A stretch of 64,000 bases of DNA from Mobula hypostoma (lineage: Eukaryota), in assembly GCF_963921235.1 (NCBI RefSeq), contig NC_086108.1, forward strand, positions 36,768,001 to 36,832,000, in the 5' to 3' direction. The notes below the pieces were generated by a model. That model saw only the letters and a program-made list of their open reading frames with translations. It was not told the origin of the DNA and ran no database searches. Every line of letters begins with the position of its first letter. Within the stretch, counting starts at the first letter, position 1. The translations under genes were made by a program, and so were the position numbers. Below are positions 12,439 through 24,680 of the stretch, in pieces.

Positions 12439-14859
12439 ACTACAATTACTGGAGTGTTTTTCCCATGATGCTTATTGATTCCAGTTTTACTGGGGTGCAT
12501 TAATGTCATGTTTGGTCAAATCTTATTTGTGGGATGGTGCAGTCAAAACCAATGCTTTGGCCCTTAGTTGCCTCGATGGAGGTACTACTGAGCTACCTCC
12601 TTGAACTTTTGCAGTCCTTCTGTTGAAGATACAACTGTTGAACAGGATTAACAACCTGCGACAAGGAAGGACTGACAATATATTTTGAAGACAGCATTAG
12701 AGGGGTACCCAGAGCACCCGTTCCCTTGTCCATGGTGATAAAGACTGTGGGTCTGTAAGGTGTTGTTACATTGGCCTAAATGAGTAACTGCATTTCACTT
12801 TGTAGATCATGCAACCTGCATAGTGGAGTAAAGAATGTGTAGGCAGCTGACGGAATACCAATCAAGTGAACTGTTTTGTCCCTGTGGCATCAAGTTTTCT
12901 TAATTTTGTTTGAGCTATTTCTTAAAGCTTATGAATGCCATGTCCCTAGTCCAGAGTCTTTGAGGTGCAAGGAGGTGAGTCACTCACAAGAGTGGCTAAC
13001 CTTTTTTTTTATGGACACAGTACTGAGGTGGCTGGTTCAGCTCAGTTTCAAGACAATGGCAATGATATTGATGATAGTTCCTTGGCAATAGTGATGCCTT
13101 TGCATTGCCCGACACTTGTGTGGTGTGAATATTTCGTGTCATTTATCAGCCGGAATCTAAGAAATTGCGTAGCTGTTGACACGCTGACGCGTACACTGGT
13201 TTATTTTCAGAGGAGTGGTGAGTGGTAGGGTACATTGTACAGTCACCAGTAGACATCATAATATGATGCATTTGCAGATTGCTGAGCTGAGGGCACTGCT
13301 GTGAGAAATTCCTGCAGCACCGTCCTCAGCCTGAGATGACTGACCTTCCACAACTACAAATATCACCCTTTGTGCAAGCCTGAGGATCAATTTCTTCTTG
13401 ATTCCCATTTAGTTTTGTCCGGGCTCTTTGATACAAATGTAAAATACTTTTAATTTCAAGACTTCTGTGGCTGTCAATTCAATGACTTTGTAGCAGGTCA
13501 TTTCTTTTTTCAAACTGCCTCTAGTACTAAAGCTATCACAAGAAGGTCAGTGACTTTACAATTCAAAATAGGATGTATCGGCACATTGCCGTATCTTCGG
13601 ATTTTTTATTCCTTTGTGTGAAAATATGATAACAGAATGCTAGAAGGCAATTTTACTCAAACATTTTCATGAAACCAGCAATAAGTAAAAAAAAATGTAG
13701 TGTGGTGTAAAGAAATATGCTGACCTGATGTGTGAATGATTTTTACCCTGCATTTCTATAATCCTTGCATTACTGTGACTGCTGATCCTGTAATAAGACC
13801 AAATATTCAGCTGCAAGGAAAAAGTGCTATTCAGGTTGTTTATGGAACAACACAAGACTTCTGCTGGGGTAATAATTCCTTTCCCACTTCACCATTTAAA
13901 ATCTCAGCAAAATTACTCACCAAATAGAAAAAAACTGAATATATTAATGAATTAAAATAAAATGAACTACTAGTCTATCATTAAGCTGACAGAAAATTTC
14001 ATAAGCACAAGTGCCAAGTCAAATCACTGTTATAACCTCTAACATCAGATAGCTCAGGAAGCTACGGTGCCTGTAATTATAATGAATAAGAGAAAATTGA
14101 TCATGTGTTCATTCCAACAAGCTTGTTATTAACTCAAGATTTTGGATGGGAGGGTTACAGATAATAGATCATAGTTTTCACTCTTCTCAAATAAAGCAAT
14201 AAGTGCTCTATTTTTGTCGGTGTTTAATAACTGTCACTCCACATGATGAGAACAATCAGTTCTTTGAATAAGGTAGTAGGATCATGAGTGTCCAATCATG
14301 ATTTATTCATTGTTTTTTCAGTGCACATTATATGCATTTCCAAGGTGGAAAGCCAATTATCCAAGCATTCTTTTATAATATAAGAAGCAAAAATGATTTA
14401 ATAGCAGAAAATATTCAGCAGCAAAATAAAAACAGCAGCTAGAAACGTTAGAAATGTTTAATGATTTAAATTTTAATTTTTTCACTGAACCCTAGTTTGG
14501 GGAAAAAAAAGGGCTTTTTTTTTCCAAGATTAATTGGAGACCCAGAATTTTGGCAAAGTGGTTGCATGATTGAGAGACAGGGACACAATGGGATGGTCAT
14601 GCTCGTAGATGGGAAGGAGCTGCAAAGATAAAGTAATGATTTGGGAAATTCTAGCCCTTCTCAATTTAGAAGTAAAGGTTAAATATAGAAATGAATGTTT
14701 CCTGATGAAAATAGATGTGTCAGTCTGAAAGATGAATGAATATAAGAATGTTGGGGGAGGAGTGGGGAGAAGGTGGCAGAATATGTATAAGCTTGCTCTC
14801 CCTCTCAGCAGCATAGCTGATTGTGTGCCTCTCCTATTTACCATCTATATTTCATATAA

Positions 14860-15320
14860 TGTCTGAAAACCTATTGATGTTGATGTCAACCTTGAATAAC
14901 TGAGCATCAACAACTCACTGAAGTCAAGGGTTCTAAACATTTATAACTTGCTGAATCAAGGAATTTTTTCCCTCACTCCCAGTGTTAAATGTACAACCCT
15001 TCATCAGAACACTTTACATCTTCTTTCTAATTTTGTAAAAAAAGAAAATCCGTCTTGAATTTACTCCTCCGCTCCTCCGCCGAGTCAATGAGAATGCTTC
15101 TCACTCTTCTAAACTCCAGTGAGTATGTGTCACTTTTATTCAATCTCTTTTTCTGGGAATGCATTCTCTGAATCTATGCTGCACTAATTTCAGAGTAAAT
15201 AAGCAAACAATGTTCCAAACAAGGTCTCAGCAAGACTTCTTCACTCTTGCAGCTTAAACCCTGACAAGAAAGGCCAACATCTTCCCAATACCTACAAGTT
15301 TACTTTCTGTCAGCACAATA
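14860..15320 (-). mobile_element. Highly diverged CR1 3' fragment
   Basis: Residual similarity to CR1 3' ends (CTCACTCTTCTAAACTCCAGTGAGTA, AAGGCCAACAT). Confidence 0.45.
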
Positions 15321-15345
15321 AAAACACAAGGCACTAAAACACACA

Positions 15346-15540
15346 AAATACTATGAACTAGGTAAGATCAGCAGGTCTGGTAGCATCTGCGAACGGAGAA
15401 ACAGAGTTAATGCTTCAGGTCAGTGGTCTGCTGATAAGTCATTAACCTGAAATATTAACTTTATTTACTTCTCTCCATGAATGCTGCCTGACCTGTCAAG
15501 TATTTTTAGCATTTCTTGCATATATTTTAAATGTCCAATA
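15346..15540. mobile_element. Old PLE-type terminal-repeat fold-back (two inverted halves)
   Basis: CAGCAGGTCTGGTAGCATCTG...AGTTAATGCTTCAGGT is inverted against ACCTGAAATATTAACT...ATGCTGCCTGACCTG. Degenerate hammerhead-like CTGATAAGTCATTAACCTGAAATATTAACT at 15431-15460. Confidence 0.6.
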
Positions 15541-16179
15541 CTTACAATATCTTATTTACTTTTTAATTAACTCCTTTCACTTCTTTTACTTCTTTTACAT
15601 CTCCTTTTTATTTCAGCTGTGGTTCTGCTATTGTTGGAGCCTGTTATCTACATTCCGGCCATGTGCTTTCAGGCCGATCGGGTGACCTGGTGATTTGCTG
15701 ACTCTGAGAGTGTTCCATGAGGCTGCAAGCATGGAGGCCAGGAGGCTAGGAGACAGGGCACAAGCTCATGATCAACTCCATCTCTCACTCATCTCGCCGA
15801 TTAAAATACAGAGGAAGATTGAAACCATCTAAGTGAGTGTGGAGGCTGGAGGAGGGTGCCTGGAGGGGTGGGAGGAGCGCTGCAGATAATGAACACTGAG
15901 CTGTACTGAAATATGCCTTTTGATTTTTGTGCTTTATATTCGGTGTCTTTGCCGGTTTATTAGTTGCCATTTGTGCAATATTTTTTGTGCATGGGAGTTG
16001 GGGGTTGATGTTTTTCTTTGAACAGGTTGGTTACATGCTTCTTTGTTTCACGGCCGTCTGTGGGGAAAATGAATTTCAGGGTTGTATGTTGCATTCATAC
16101 TTTGATAATAAATGGACTTCCAATCTCGAATCTTTGTATCATTGAAAAAGGAAATCTATTTTTCAATTTGTATGAAAAT

Positions 16180-16875
16180 TCCTCAACCTTACATTTCCCC
16201 ACGTAATTTCCATTTGTTACTACCTTGATCACTTGCATAATTTGATTACATCCTTTCACAAATTCATTCCGTACCCTTCACATTTACTTCTATCCTTGAA
16301 TCATCAGCAAACTAGAATGCAAATTATTTTATCTTTTAATATGTCATTTAAAATTGTGAACATTTCAAGTTCCAGTAATAATCCCTGCGCCACCACATTA
16401 CTAATAGTACGCCAAGCTGAAAATGAACCATCTTCTCTTACTTTCTTAAAACAATCCGTCCACAATAATATTGTTACTCCAAGCCTGAAACTCTTTATTT
16501 TATGTAAAAATTTTAGGCAAGGTAATAATGAATGCATTTTGAAAATCTAGGTTTACAGCATCCATTATCCACTCAGCTAGTTACATATAAGGCACTGCCA
16601 TGTTTGTCAAACATGAATTTATTTTCATTAAAATATGCTAATTCTACCAATTTTGTAATGATTTTCTGAGAGATACATTGCCTTATTCTTAATAATGGAT
16701 TGAAGTACTTGCCAAAGTCAACAAAGGGTTAACTAGGCTTTTTTTCCCGCTACAGTTCTTTTCCCCTTGCTTCTTTAAATATGGTTTTCTAGTTATTGTC
16801 TTTCAATCTGCTGGAACGTTTCCAAAATACAGGAATATTTTGAAAATTGTCACTACATCAATCCTATTTACCAGC
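16180..16875 (-). mobile_element. Highly diverged CR1 RT fragment
   Basis: ORF 16304..16537 DGSFSAWRTISNVVAQGLLLELEMFTILND resembles CR1 [31 protein letters not shown]. Confidence 0.6.
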
Positions 16876-16884
16876 TCTGTAAAG

Positions 16885-17092
16885 CAATAGTACAACAACC
16901 TTGACCACTTCACATTACAATGGACTTTGTGTTCTTTCTGGTATAATTTTGTATAATTTATGTTTATTCTATGCCTTTCTGGTGAATGTTGTGTCTTTAG
17001 TGCCATGTTCCTGTGAAGCTGCTGCAAATAAGTTTTTCCTTGAGGCTGTGCATACACGTCCTTGTGCCCTTTGACTTTGACTTTGACTTTGA
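16885..17092 (+). mobile_element. LINE 3' end (Rex1/Babar-like) with (TTTGAC)n tail
   Basis: 3'UTR similar to 54330-54485; ends in TTTGACTTTGACTTTGACTTTGA. Confidence 0.5.
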
Positions 17093-17494
17093 TGTAGCCA
17101 GTTTCTCTGCAGCCTTAGGAGCAGGCACCCCGGGGATAAACTCTAGTGCAGGGGAAATGCCTTGTTATATTTTTTTTTTCTCATGCTTTCAGTGATATGA
17201 ATAAGTTTCCGGTCCTCCCTATCATTAGACCTCACACCTGCACACCATCATTTTAACTATATTTATTATCATTTCTGCAAAGTTTGTCCTCTCACTCTCT
17301 CTAAAGGAGTAATTTTTTTGATATTATATTTCTTTTTCTGTTATTATAGAAGCTCTTACATTTTGGTAGCAGTCTCATAATCTCTATCTGTTGTAATTTT
17401 GTGCTGCTTTCTAAAACTCAGCCAATCCTCATGCTCACTCCTATTTCTAGCAACATAATACTAGTAAGTTGATTTTCTTCTACTATAACACAGT

Positions 17495-17992
17495 ATTACT
17501 TTACTACTTTATACTTTATTGTCGCCAAACAATTGGTACTAGAATGGACAATCATCACAGCAATATATGATTCTGCGCTTCACACTCCCTGGATTACAAA
17601 TATTAAATATTAAAAATAGTTAAATTAGTAAATATTGAAAACTTAAACTATAAATCGTAAATAGAAAATAGAAAAATGGGAAGTAAGGTAGTGCAAAAAA
17701 ACCGAGAGGCAGGTCCTGATATTTGGAGGGTACGGCCCAGATCCGGGTCAGGATCTGTTCAGCAGTCTTATCACAGTTGGAAAGAAGCTGTTCCCAAATC
17801 TGGCTGTACGAGTCTTCAAGGTCCTGAACCTTCTCCTGGAGGGAAGAGGGATGAAAAGTGTGTTGGCTGGGTGGGTCGTGTCCTTGATTATCCTGGCAGC
17901 ACTGCTCCGACAGCGTGCGGTGTAAAGTGAGTCCACGGACGGAAGATTGGTTTGTGTGATGTGCTGCGCCGTGTTCACGATCTTCTGCAGCT
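17495..17992 (-). mobile_element. Rex1/Babar-like LINE 3' fragment
   Basis: LQKIVNTAQHITQTNLPSVDSLYTARCRSSAARIIKDTTHPANTLFIPLPSRRRFRTLKTRTARFGNSFFPTVIRLLN, then AATAAA and a short repeat tail. Confidence 0.85.
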
Positions 17993-18323
17993 TAGCCATG
18001 GTTGAATCACTTTTTTTATGCATTACATCTCTCAATGTTTTCTTAGGTCGTGTTAACATTTGTAGATTTGACAAACAAAGTTGTGCAGCACACAAATTAG
18101 AGTGGCATTTGTATTTGTAAAGAAGTCTTCCACAGTATCAAGGTATCCTAATAAGCCTGACTGACATAAAGTTCTTTTGAAATGCGCTGTAATTTATGAA
18201 GCAAGGCAGACAACTTGTAGATAGCAGGCACAATGAAATAAATGACCACATAATCTGTTCCAGAGTTAATTGAATAATAAATAGTGACAAGGATCCTTTT
18301 CTGTGAATAGTGGTATCGCCATA

Positions 18324-18874
18324 TAATCTAAGTAGACAATTTATTAGGTACCTTCTATACCTAATAAAGAGGCATCTATGTCCCTGTGCATGGTCTTCTG
18401 AGGCTGTAGCCCATCCACCACAAGATTTGGCATCTTGTGCATTCAGTGATGCTCTTCTGCACACCACTGTTGTAACGCATAATTATTTGAGTTACTGTGG
18501 CCTTCCTGTCAGTTTAAACTAGTCTGGCCATTTTCTTTTGACCTCTCTTATTAACAAAGCATGTTTGTCCACAGATCTGCTCCTCACTGGATGGTTTTTT
18601 GTTTCTCGCATCATCCCGCTGTAAACTCTAGAGACACTTGAGTGTGAAAGTGCCAGGAGATCAGCAGTTTTTGAGATACTCAAACCACCCCACCTGGCAC
18701 CAACAATCATTCCACGGTCAAAGTTCTCTTCCCTATTCTGACGTTTGGTCTGAACAACAACTGAACCTCTTGGCCATGCTGCATGCTTTTATGCATTGAG
18801 TTGCTGCCTCATGATTGGCTGAATGGTTATTTGCATCAGCGAGCCGGTGTACCTAATATAGTGACCACAGGCTG
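18324..18874 (-). mobile_element. Tc1-derived non-autonomous element (MITE-like)
   Basis: Imperfect TIRs TTTATTAGGTAC / GTACCTAATATAGTGACCAC. Internal Tc1 HTH remnant MIVGARWGGLSISKTADLLALSHSSVSRVY (18519..18710). Confidence 0.75.
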
Positions 18875-19470
18875 TACATCCACCTGAGAAGGTACTGGTG
18901 GCTGCATCTTTATATTGCAACTAGGAACAGCTCTCCCCCAGCACTATACTGAATTAGCAACCTAAATTTCTTGCTTAAATGTTTGGAGCCAGACATAAAA
19001 GTAGAAGCATGAATGCGATTCAGTGAACCTCGGCTGGCACTGATCCAATGCAGGGATGTTTAGACAGATTAGCAAACACTGTGGCAAAGGTCTAGGCCAA
19101 TGAGGTGAGAAGAATTGATGAAACGAGATGTTAGAAGCTGTTTTTCTAGCATCAGTAAGTCTTAACTGCAGAAAACATTTTAAAAAGGTCTGGTCTCCGA
19201 GTGATGTTGAGAATGAGAATCATTCTGATTAAGGGCATATTTTACTTTTGAAGGTAAAGGCACCTAGACTATCCACTATTCCAGCTTCCACTTTTCTCAC
19301 TTTAAGTGATTTGGTCTTTAATTGGATATCTTCTATCTCCTATTTTTGGATAGTGCATTTTATTTTAACATGTTTCCTCACAATCAGACTTTCAGTTTAG
19401 TGGACAAAGTTATAATTATTTTGGTCAACCTTATTTTAAATTGCAAGCGATCTGGAAGAGTACTGTAGAA

Positions 19471-20190
19471 GTGACAAACCCTAAGATTTCTGTGACGTGC
19501 TTGTAGCATGTGGAATTTGTAGAGTAATGATTCTGTCAGGCCGAACGATAGACTTAACTCTTGCAGAAATCTTAGCATGTGGGGTCTATGGAACGTCTGT
19601 CAAGTGGGATTGATAGCTAGATTCTTTCTTAACTCAGGTTTATTGCTTATGTGTAAACATTAATGGACTTTGTAAGCCCAAGGAATGTTATGTATCTGGA
19701 CACTGGGAAATTAAGGAATGAGATAGCAAAGAGTGATCCTTAAAATGTCCAAACCGATTTATGAGACTGTGTTAATGGGCATGTGTTGTTCGAATGAAAG
19801 AAACCAGACTGTGTTGATGGACGAGATCAAAGAGTTTGACTATCTTATGGTTATTCTGTGCCTATAAAGCTTTTGGATTTATGGGGCTGCTTTTAAAGTT
19901 TTCTTTGGACTTCAACCGGGACTCGGATGTGATCCATGCCAAGAATTTAGGGGTGGGTTTCACGAGTCGAAATTCGCTGTTCTGCTGACAGACAGAAACA
20001 ATAAAGTGGTGAGCCCAGAAATCTTTGTGACTTGCAGAAATCTTTACGACTTGCTATGTAGTACTTTGTGTCGTTTATTTGTGCTTTCTATTTTATGATA
20101 ATAAATCAGGCATAAGCCTCTTTGTTGTGCTTGTTCGTTTATTTCCATATCAGCAGGAATAATTAGGTCTGATTAACCCTACCCGTTACC
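19471..20190 (+). mobile_element. Possible solo LTR
   Basis: Starts GTGACA, TATAAA at 19863, AATAAA at ~20000 and ~20100, ends CCGTTAC; internal CAGAAATCTT repeats. Termini imperfect. Confidence 0.35.
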
Positions 20191-20672
20191 GTGCTTGAGT
20201 TTCATGTGATCAATGTACCATTAAACAATCTATCAAAGATGTGGAACGTCATTTACAATCAATCACAGCACTGTGTAAAGTGTTACATGCTTCTGATCTA
20301 TCTAATCTATCAGTAAATGAAAATCAAAAACACACTGCAGACTCTAGAACTCTGAAATAAAAATATAAATTGCTGGGAAAATTCAACAGGTCAGGCACCA
20401 TCTGTGGAAAGAGAGGCAATTACTGTTTTCACTTTACAGCCCTTTCTCTAAACTTAGGCCAATCATTCAACTGTACTTAGGTCACAGGCATAAACACTGT
20501 TTTTTTTCATATGGTAATGAAGGTGCAGAGTATTTAACTGAACAAATGAAGTGCAATAAAGAATCCAGTTAGTCAATTTCACATCAGAGGAACTTAGAGA
20601 TGCCAGCCTCTGCAAATTACTCCCTAACAAACGGTTCAAAGCAGGCCAGGCAGCATCTATAGGCAGAGGTAC

Positions 20673-20708
20673 AGTCGACGTTTCGGGCTGAGACCCTTCG
20701 TCAGGACT
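20673..20708 (-). ncRNA. Minimal type-I hammerhead ribozyme motif (intact core)
   Basis: AGUC CUGACGA A GGGU-CUCA-GCCC GAAAC GUC/GACU: stem I AGUC:GACU, conserved core, stem II, palindromic ACGU stem III, GUC cleavage triplet. Confidence 0.8.
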
Positions 20709-21026
20709 AACTGAAGGAAGAGCTAGTAAAAGACCTCCCCTTTGTACCCCACCCATTATTTATTTATTTATTTATTTATTATTAATTTTTTTTCTCTCCT
20801 TTTTCTCCCTCTGTCCCTCTCACTGTACTCCTTGCCCATCCTCTGGGCTTCCCCCTCCTCCTTTCTTTCGCCCTAGGCCTCCCATCCCATGATCCTCTCA
20901 TATCCCTTTTGCCAATCAACATTCCAGCTCTTAGCACCATCCCTCCCCCTCCTGTCTTCTCCTATCATTTCGGATCTCCCCATCCCCCTTCCACTTTCAA
21001 ATCTCTTACTATCTCTTCTTTCAGTT

Positions 21027-21062
21027 AGTCCTGACGAATGGTCTCGGCGCGAAACGTCGACT
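21027..21062 (+). ncRNA. Minimal type-I hammerhead motif (core intact, stem II weakened)
   Basis: AGUC CUGACGA AUGGUCUCGGCGC GAAAC GUC GACU. Confidence 0.7.
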
Positions 21063-22487
21063 GTACCTCTTCCTATAGACACTGCTTGGCCTGCTGCGTT
21101 CACCAGCATTTTGTATGTGTTGCTTGAAATTCCAGCACCTGCAGATTTCCTCGTGCAATGGTTCAAAGGTTCATTTTTTAATCAAAGTATGTATGCAGAA
21201 TACAACTCTGAGATTTGTCTTCTGCAGATAGCCACAAAACAGAAAAACCATGGACGTTATTGAAAGAAAAGACATCAAACTATCCCCCCCACGCACACAT
21301 ATAAAAGAAAATGAAACAAAAACTCACAAACCCCAAACCCTCAACCCCCTCCTTCACAAAAAAAAACAAAAATATCACCCATACGGAAAAAAAGCAACAA
21401 TAACATCAAACCCCCAACCTCCTGTTTTGCACGCACAAAAACAACAAATCACCCACACAGAGAAAAACACCAACAAAAACACCAACCTTCAAATCCCCAG
21501 CCCCTTCCTCGCACAAAAGCTTACGTATCGTTTATCTGGAAAACAGCAACAAGGACATCAAACCCCAACCCCCAACCTGCTAATCAACAACAAGAAAGAA
21601 AACAGAGGAAACTGAAGGAGACCAATATGAACAACAGGATCTGGTCTATTCATTCATTCAGTACCATATCCAAAGGAAATTCTTATGCATTTCAGTAAAT
21701 CTTGCAGATACCAAAGACCAGTTTAATAGAAGGACCTTAATATACAGTCTAGTTCTATTTTCTTCATTAGTAAATAGATATTGGGTGAAAGGGACACAGG
21801 CAATTGATAATAGATTCTCATTTTCTTTATATCCTTGAGTTTACTTTCTTTTACTAAATATATGAACATGTGAGAAAGCTGTTCCATTATGTGCAAATTT
21901 TTCATGATGCTAATTATTTGCCTTTTTTACAAATGGCTCTTCATCATGAAATAGCACAGCATAAATGTCAGCTGGATTTTCCAGAGTGTAATCTGACAAA
22001 TATTATTGCACTGAATAAGCTGCCAGAAAATAAATTTTACTCTGTTTAAAAGAAAGGTTAGAGGGATAAAGACAGCCAGTGGGAGTATTATTGGTATCAG
22101 CTCTGGCTTCACAGCTCAGAAATGATGAAGTGTAAATTAACTGTGGGAAATGTAAGAAAAGGCAAAATCTCAAGTGATGTTCAAAATACAATTTGTCTCT
22201 GCTTAAAAGGTAATTAAAACACTTAGGCACCTAGTTGGCCTACATTGGACATAATTACAAAATCTGATTTCTCTGTATTTCAAGGGCACTGAAGAAAGTA
22301 ATATCCAGGTGTGAGATTAAAGACCGAAGATGAGAATTTTCTGCATGAGTTTATTCAGAATCATGAATCCAACTTCCTCTCTCACATCACAAGAGTGAAG
22401 GTTCATGTTTTGATCTGTTATCATTTTAATTAAAATATATTTTTCACATCATGCTGCACTTTGTTCCTCTGCTGCCACAGACAAATA

Positions 22488-23369
22488 CAGTGACATGCAA
22501 AAGTTTGAGCACCCCTGGTCAAAATTTCTGTTACTGTGAATAGCTAAGCAGTAAAAGAAGAACTGATTTCCAAAAGGCATACAGCTAAAGATGACACATT
22601 TCTTTAATATTTTAAGCAAGATGACTTTTTTATTTCCATCTTTTACAGTTTCAAAATAACAAAAAGGAAAAGGGCCCGAAGCAAACGTTTGGGCACCCTG
22701 CATGGTCAGTACTTAGTAACACCCCCTTTGGCAAGTATCACAGCTTATAAACACTTTTTGTAGCCAGCTAAGAGTCTTTCAATTCTTGTTTGGGGGATTT
22801 TCATCCATTCTTCCTTGCAAAAGGCTTCTAGTTCTGTGAAATTCTTGGGCCATCTTGCACGCACTGCTCTTTTGAGGTCTATCCACAGATTCTCGATGAT
22901 GTTTAGGTCAGGGACTGTGAGGGCCATGGCAAACCTTCAGCTTGCGCCTCTTGAGGTCGTCCATTGTGGATCCTGAGGTGTGTTTAGGATCATTATCCTG
23001 TTGTAGAAGCCATCCTCTTTTCATTGTCAGCTTTTTTACAGACGGTGTGATGTTTGCTTCCAGAATTTGCTGGTATTTAATTGAATTCATTCTTTCCTCT
23101 ACCAGTGAAATGTTCTCTGTGCCACTGGCTGCAACACAAGCCCAAGACATGATCAATCCATCCCCATGCTTAACAGTTGGAGAGGTGTTCTTTTCATGAA
23201 ATTCTGCACTCTTTTTTCTCCAAACATACCTTTGCTCATTGCGGCCAAAATTCAGCGTCAGATGTTTGCAAAGGAACATCTAAACAAGCCTGATGCATTT
23301 TGGAAACAAGTCCTGTGGACAGATGAAGTTAAAGTAGAAATTTATGGCCGCAATGAGCAAAGGTATGTT
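22488..23369 (-). mobile_element. Tc1-like family A copy 2, 5'-truncated with inverted segment
   Basis: TA|CAGTGACATGCAAAAGTTTG terminus; transposase ORFs 22908..23279 (QQDNDPKH) and 22745..22927 ([10 protein letters not shown]). ~23262-23369 is inverted (FAKEHLNKPDAFWKQVLWTDE on plus). Confidence 0.9.
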
Positions 23370-23559
23370 CCCCATAACCCTAATCTTGAGATGAAGAAAG
23401 AATCCAGCTCCCATCAACAAACGTACAGACGTTAACAGTGTTTATTAACCAACAAGCATTACTCACTAGCAGACATACAGTCCCCACGTGCTATGAGTTC
23501 AGAAAAGTTAAGTGGTCTTTTGACCTGACATATATTCATTGTTTTACAACATCTAATAT

Positions 23560-23864
23560 GATACTTATATCATTGTTGCCAATGTGCACCAATACTCCTA
23601 GCTCCTCACCCTCCTTCTTGAGAGTATTGCACAGCTGCTCTGGGACATCCTTGATGGAGGTTACACAGCATTCTGTAATCTTTTTTGCAGCGCAGCCACA
23701 GACGCTCCTGTCTGTCCCTTATTGTGTCTCCTATCACTTTTAATCTACTTGACTTGACCCTTCTCTGCTGATCCTCAAGAGCTGGCCTCCGTGTCACTGA
23801 CCTGAGTACTGCTGCTGGGCACTGATAGGTCGCTCACCCCACCAGTGTCAGTATTACAGTTGAA
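23560..23864 (-). mobile_element. Old CR1 ORF1 (esterase-like) fragment, continued at 28522-28770
   Basis: VIGDTI...KDVPEQL...VLVHIGNNDI resembles ORF 41403..42140. The upstream part (PLSNKYTPL, LPDDYMCRKC) resumes after the inserted CR1 at 28522. Confidence 0.7.
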
Positions 23865-24680
23865 CAAAGGGGACTATGGACACCTGAGGGGGAGTGGCAA
23901 AAGTTGACTGGAAAGATACCCTAGCAGGAATGACAGTGGAATAACAATGGCAGGTATTTCTGGGAATAATACAGAAGGTGCAGGATCAGTTCATTCCAAA
24001 GAAGAAGAAAGGTTCTAAGGGGAGTAAGGGGCGACCATGGATGACAAGGGAAGTCAAGGACAGTATAAGAAAAAAAAAGAGAGGAGGTATAACATAGCAA
24101 GGATGAGTGGGAAGCCAGAGGATTGGGAGACTTTAAGGAGCAACAGAAGATAACTAAAAAGGCAATACGGGGGGCGGGGGGGTGAGATGAGGTACGAAGG
24201 TAAGCTAGCCAAGAATATAAAGGAGGATAGTAAAAGCTTCTTTAGGTATGTGAAGAGGAAAAAATTAGTTAAGAGCTAAGTTGGGCCCTTGAAGACAGAA
24301 ACGGGTGAAATTATTATGGGGAACAAGGAAATGGCAGACGAGCTGAACAGGTACTTTGGAACTGTCTTCACTAGGGAAGACACAAACAATCTCCCAGATG
24401 TAATAGTGGCCAGAGGACCTAGGGTAACAGAGGAACTGAAGGACATTCACATCAGGTACAAAATGGTGTTGGGTAAACTGATGGGACTGAAGGTTGATAA
24501 ATCCCCAGGGTCTGATGGTCTGTATCCCAGGGTACTTAAGGAGGTGGCTTTAGAAATCGTGGATGCATTGGTAATCATTTTCCAATATTCTATAGATTCA
24601 GGATCAGATCCTGCGGATTGGAGGGTAGCTAATGTTATCCCACTTTTTAAGAAAGGAGGGAGAGAGAAAACAGGCAATTA

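Larger units (their letters stand above)
20641..21155 (+). mobile_element. Penelope-like non-autonomous insertion with inverted partial 5' copy and two hammerhead motifs
   Basis: 20641-~20733 is an inverted copy of the element's 3' part; same family as 7248 and 51061. Approximate TSD CAA(A)CGGTTCAAAG / CAATGGTTCAAAG. Confidence 0.85.

Noticed and set aside
21250..21615. Lys/Asn/Thr-rich 121-aa ORF with repeated CAAACCCC units
   Set aside because: Low-complexity A/C-rich sequence, probably the antisense of a retroposon 3' region; no domain evidence and not a CRISPR-like array.
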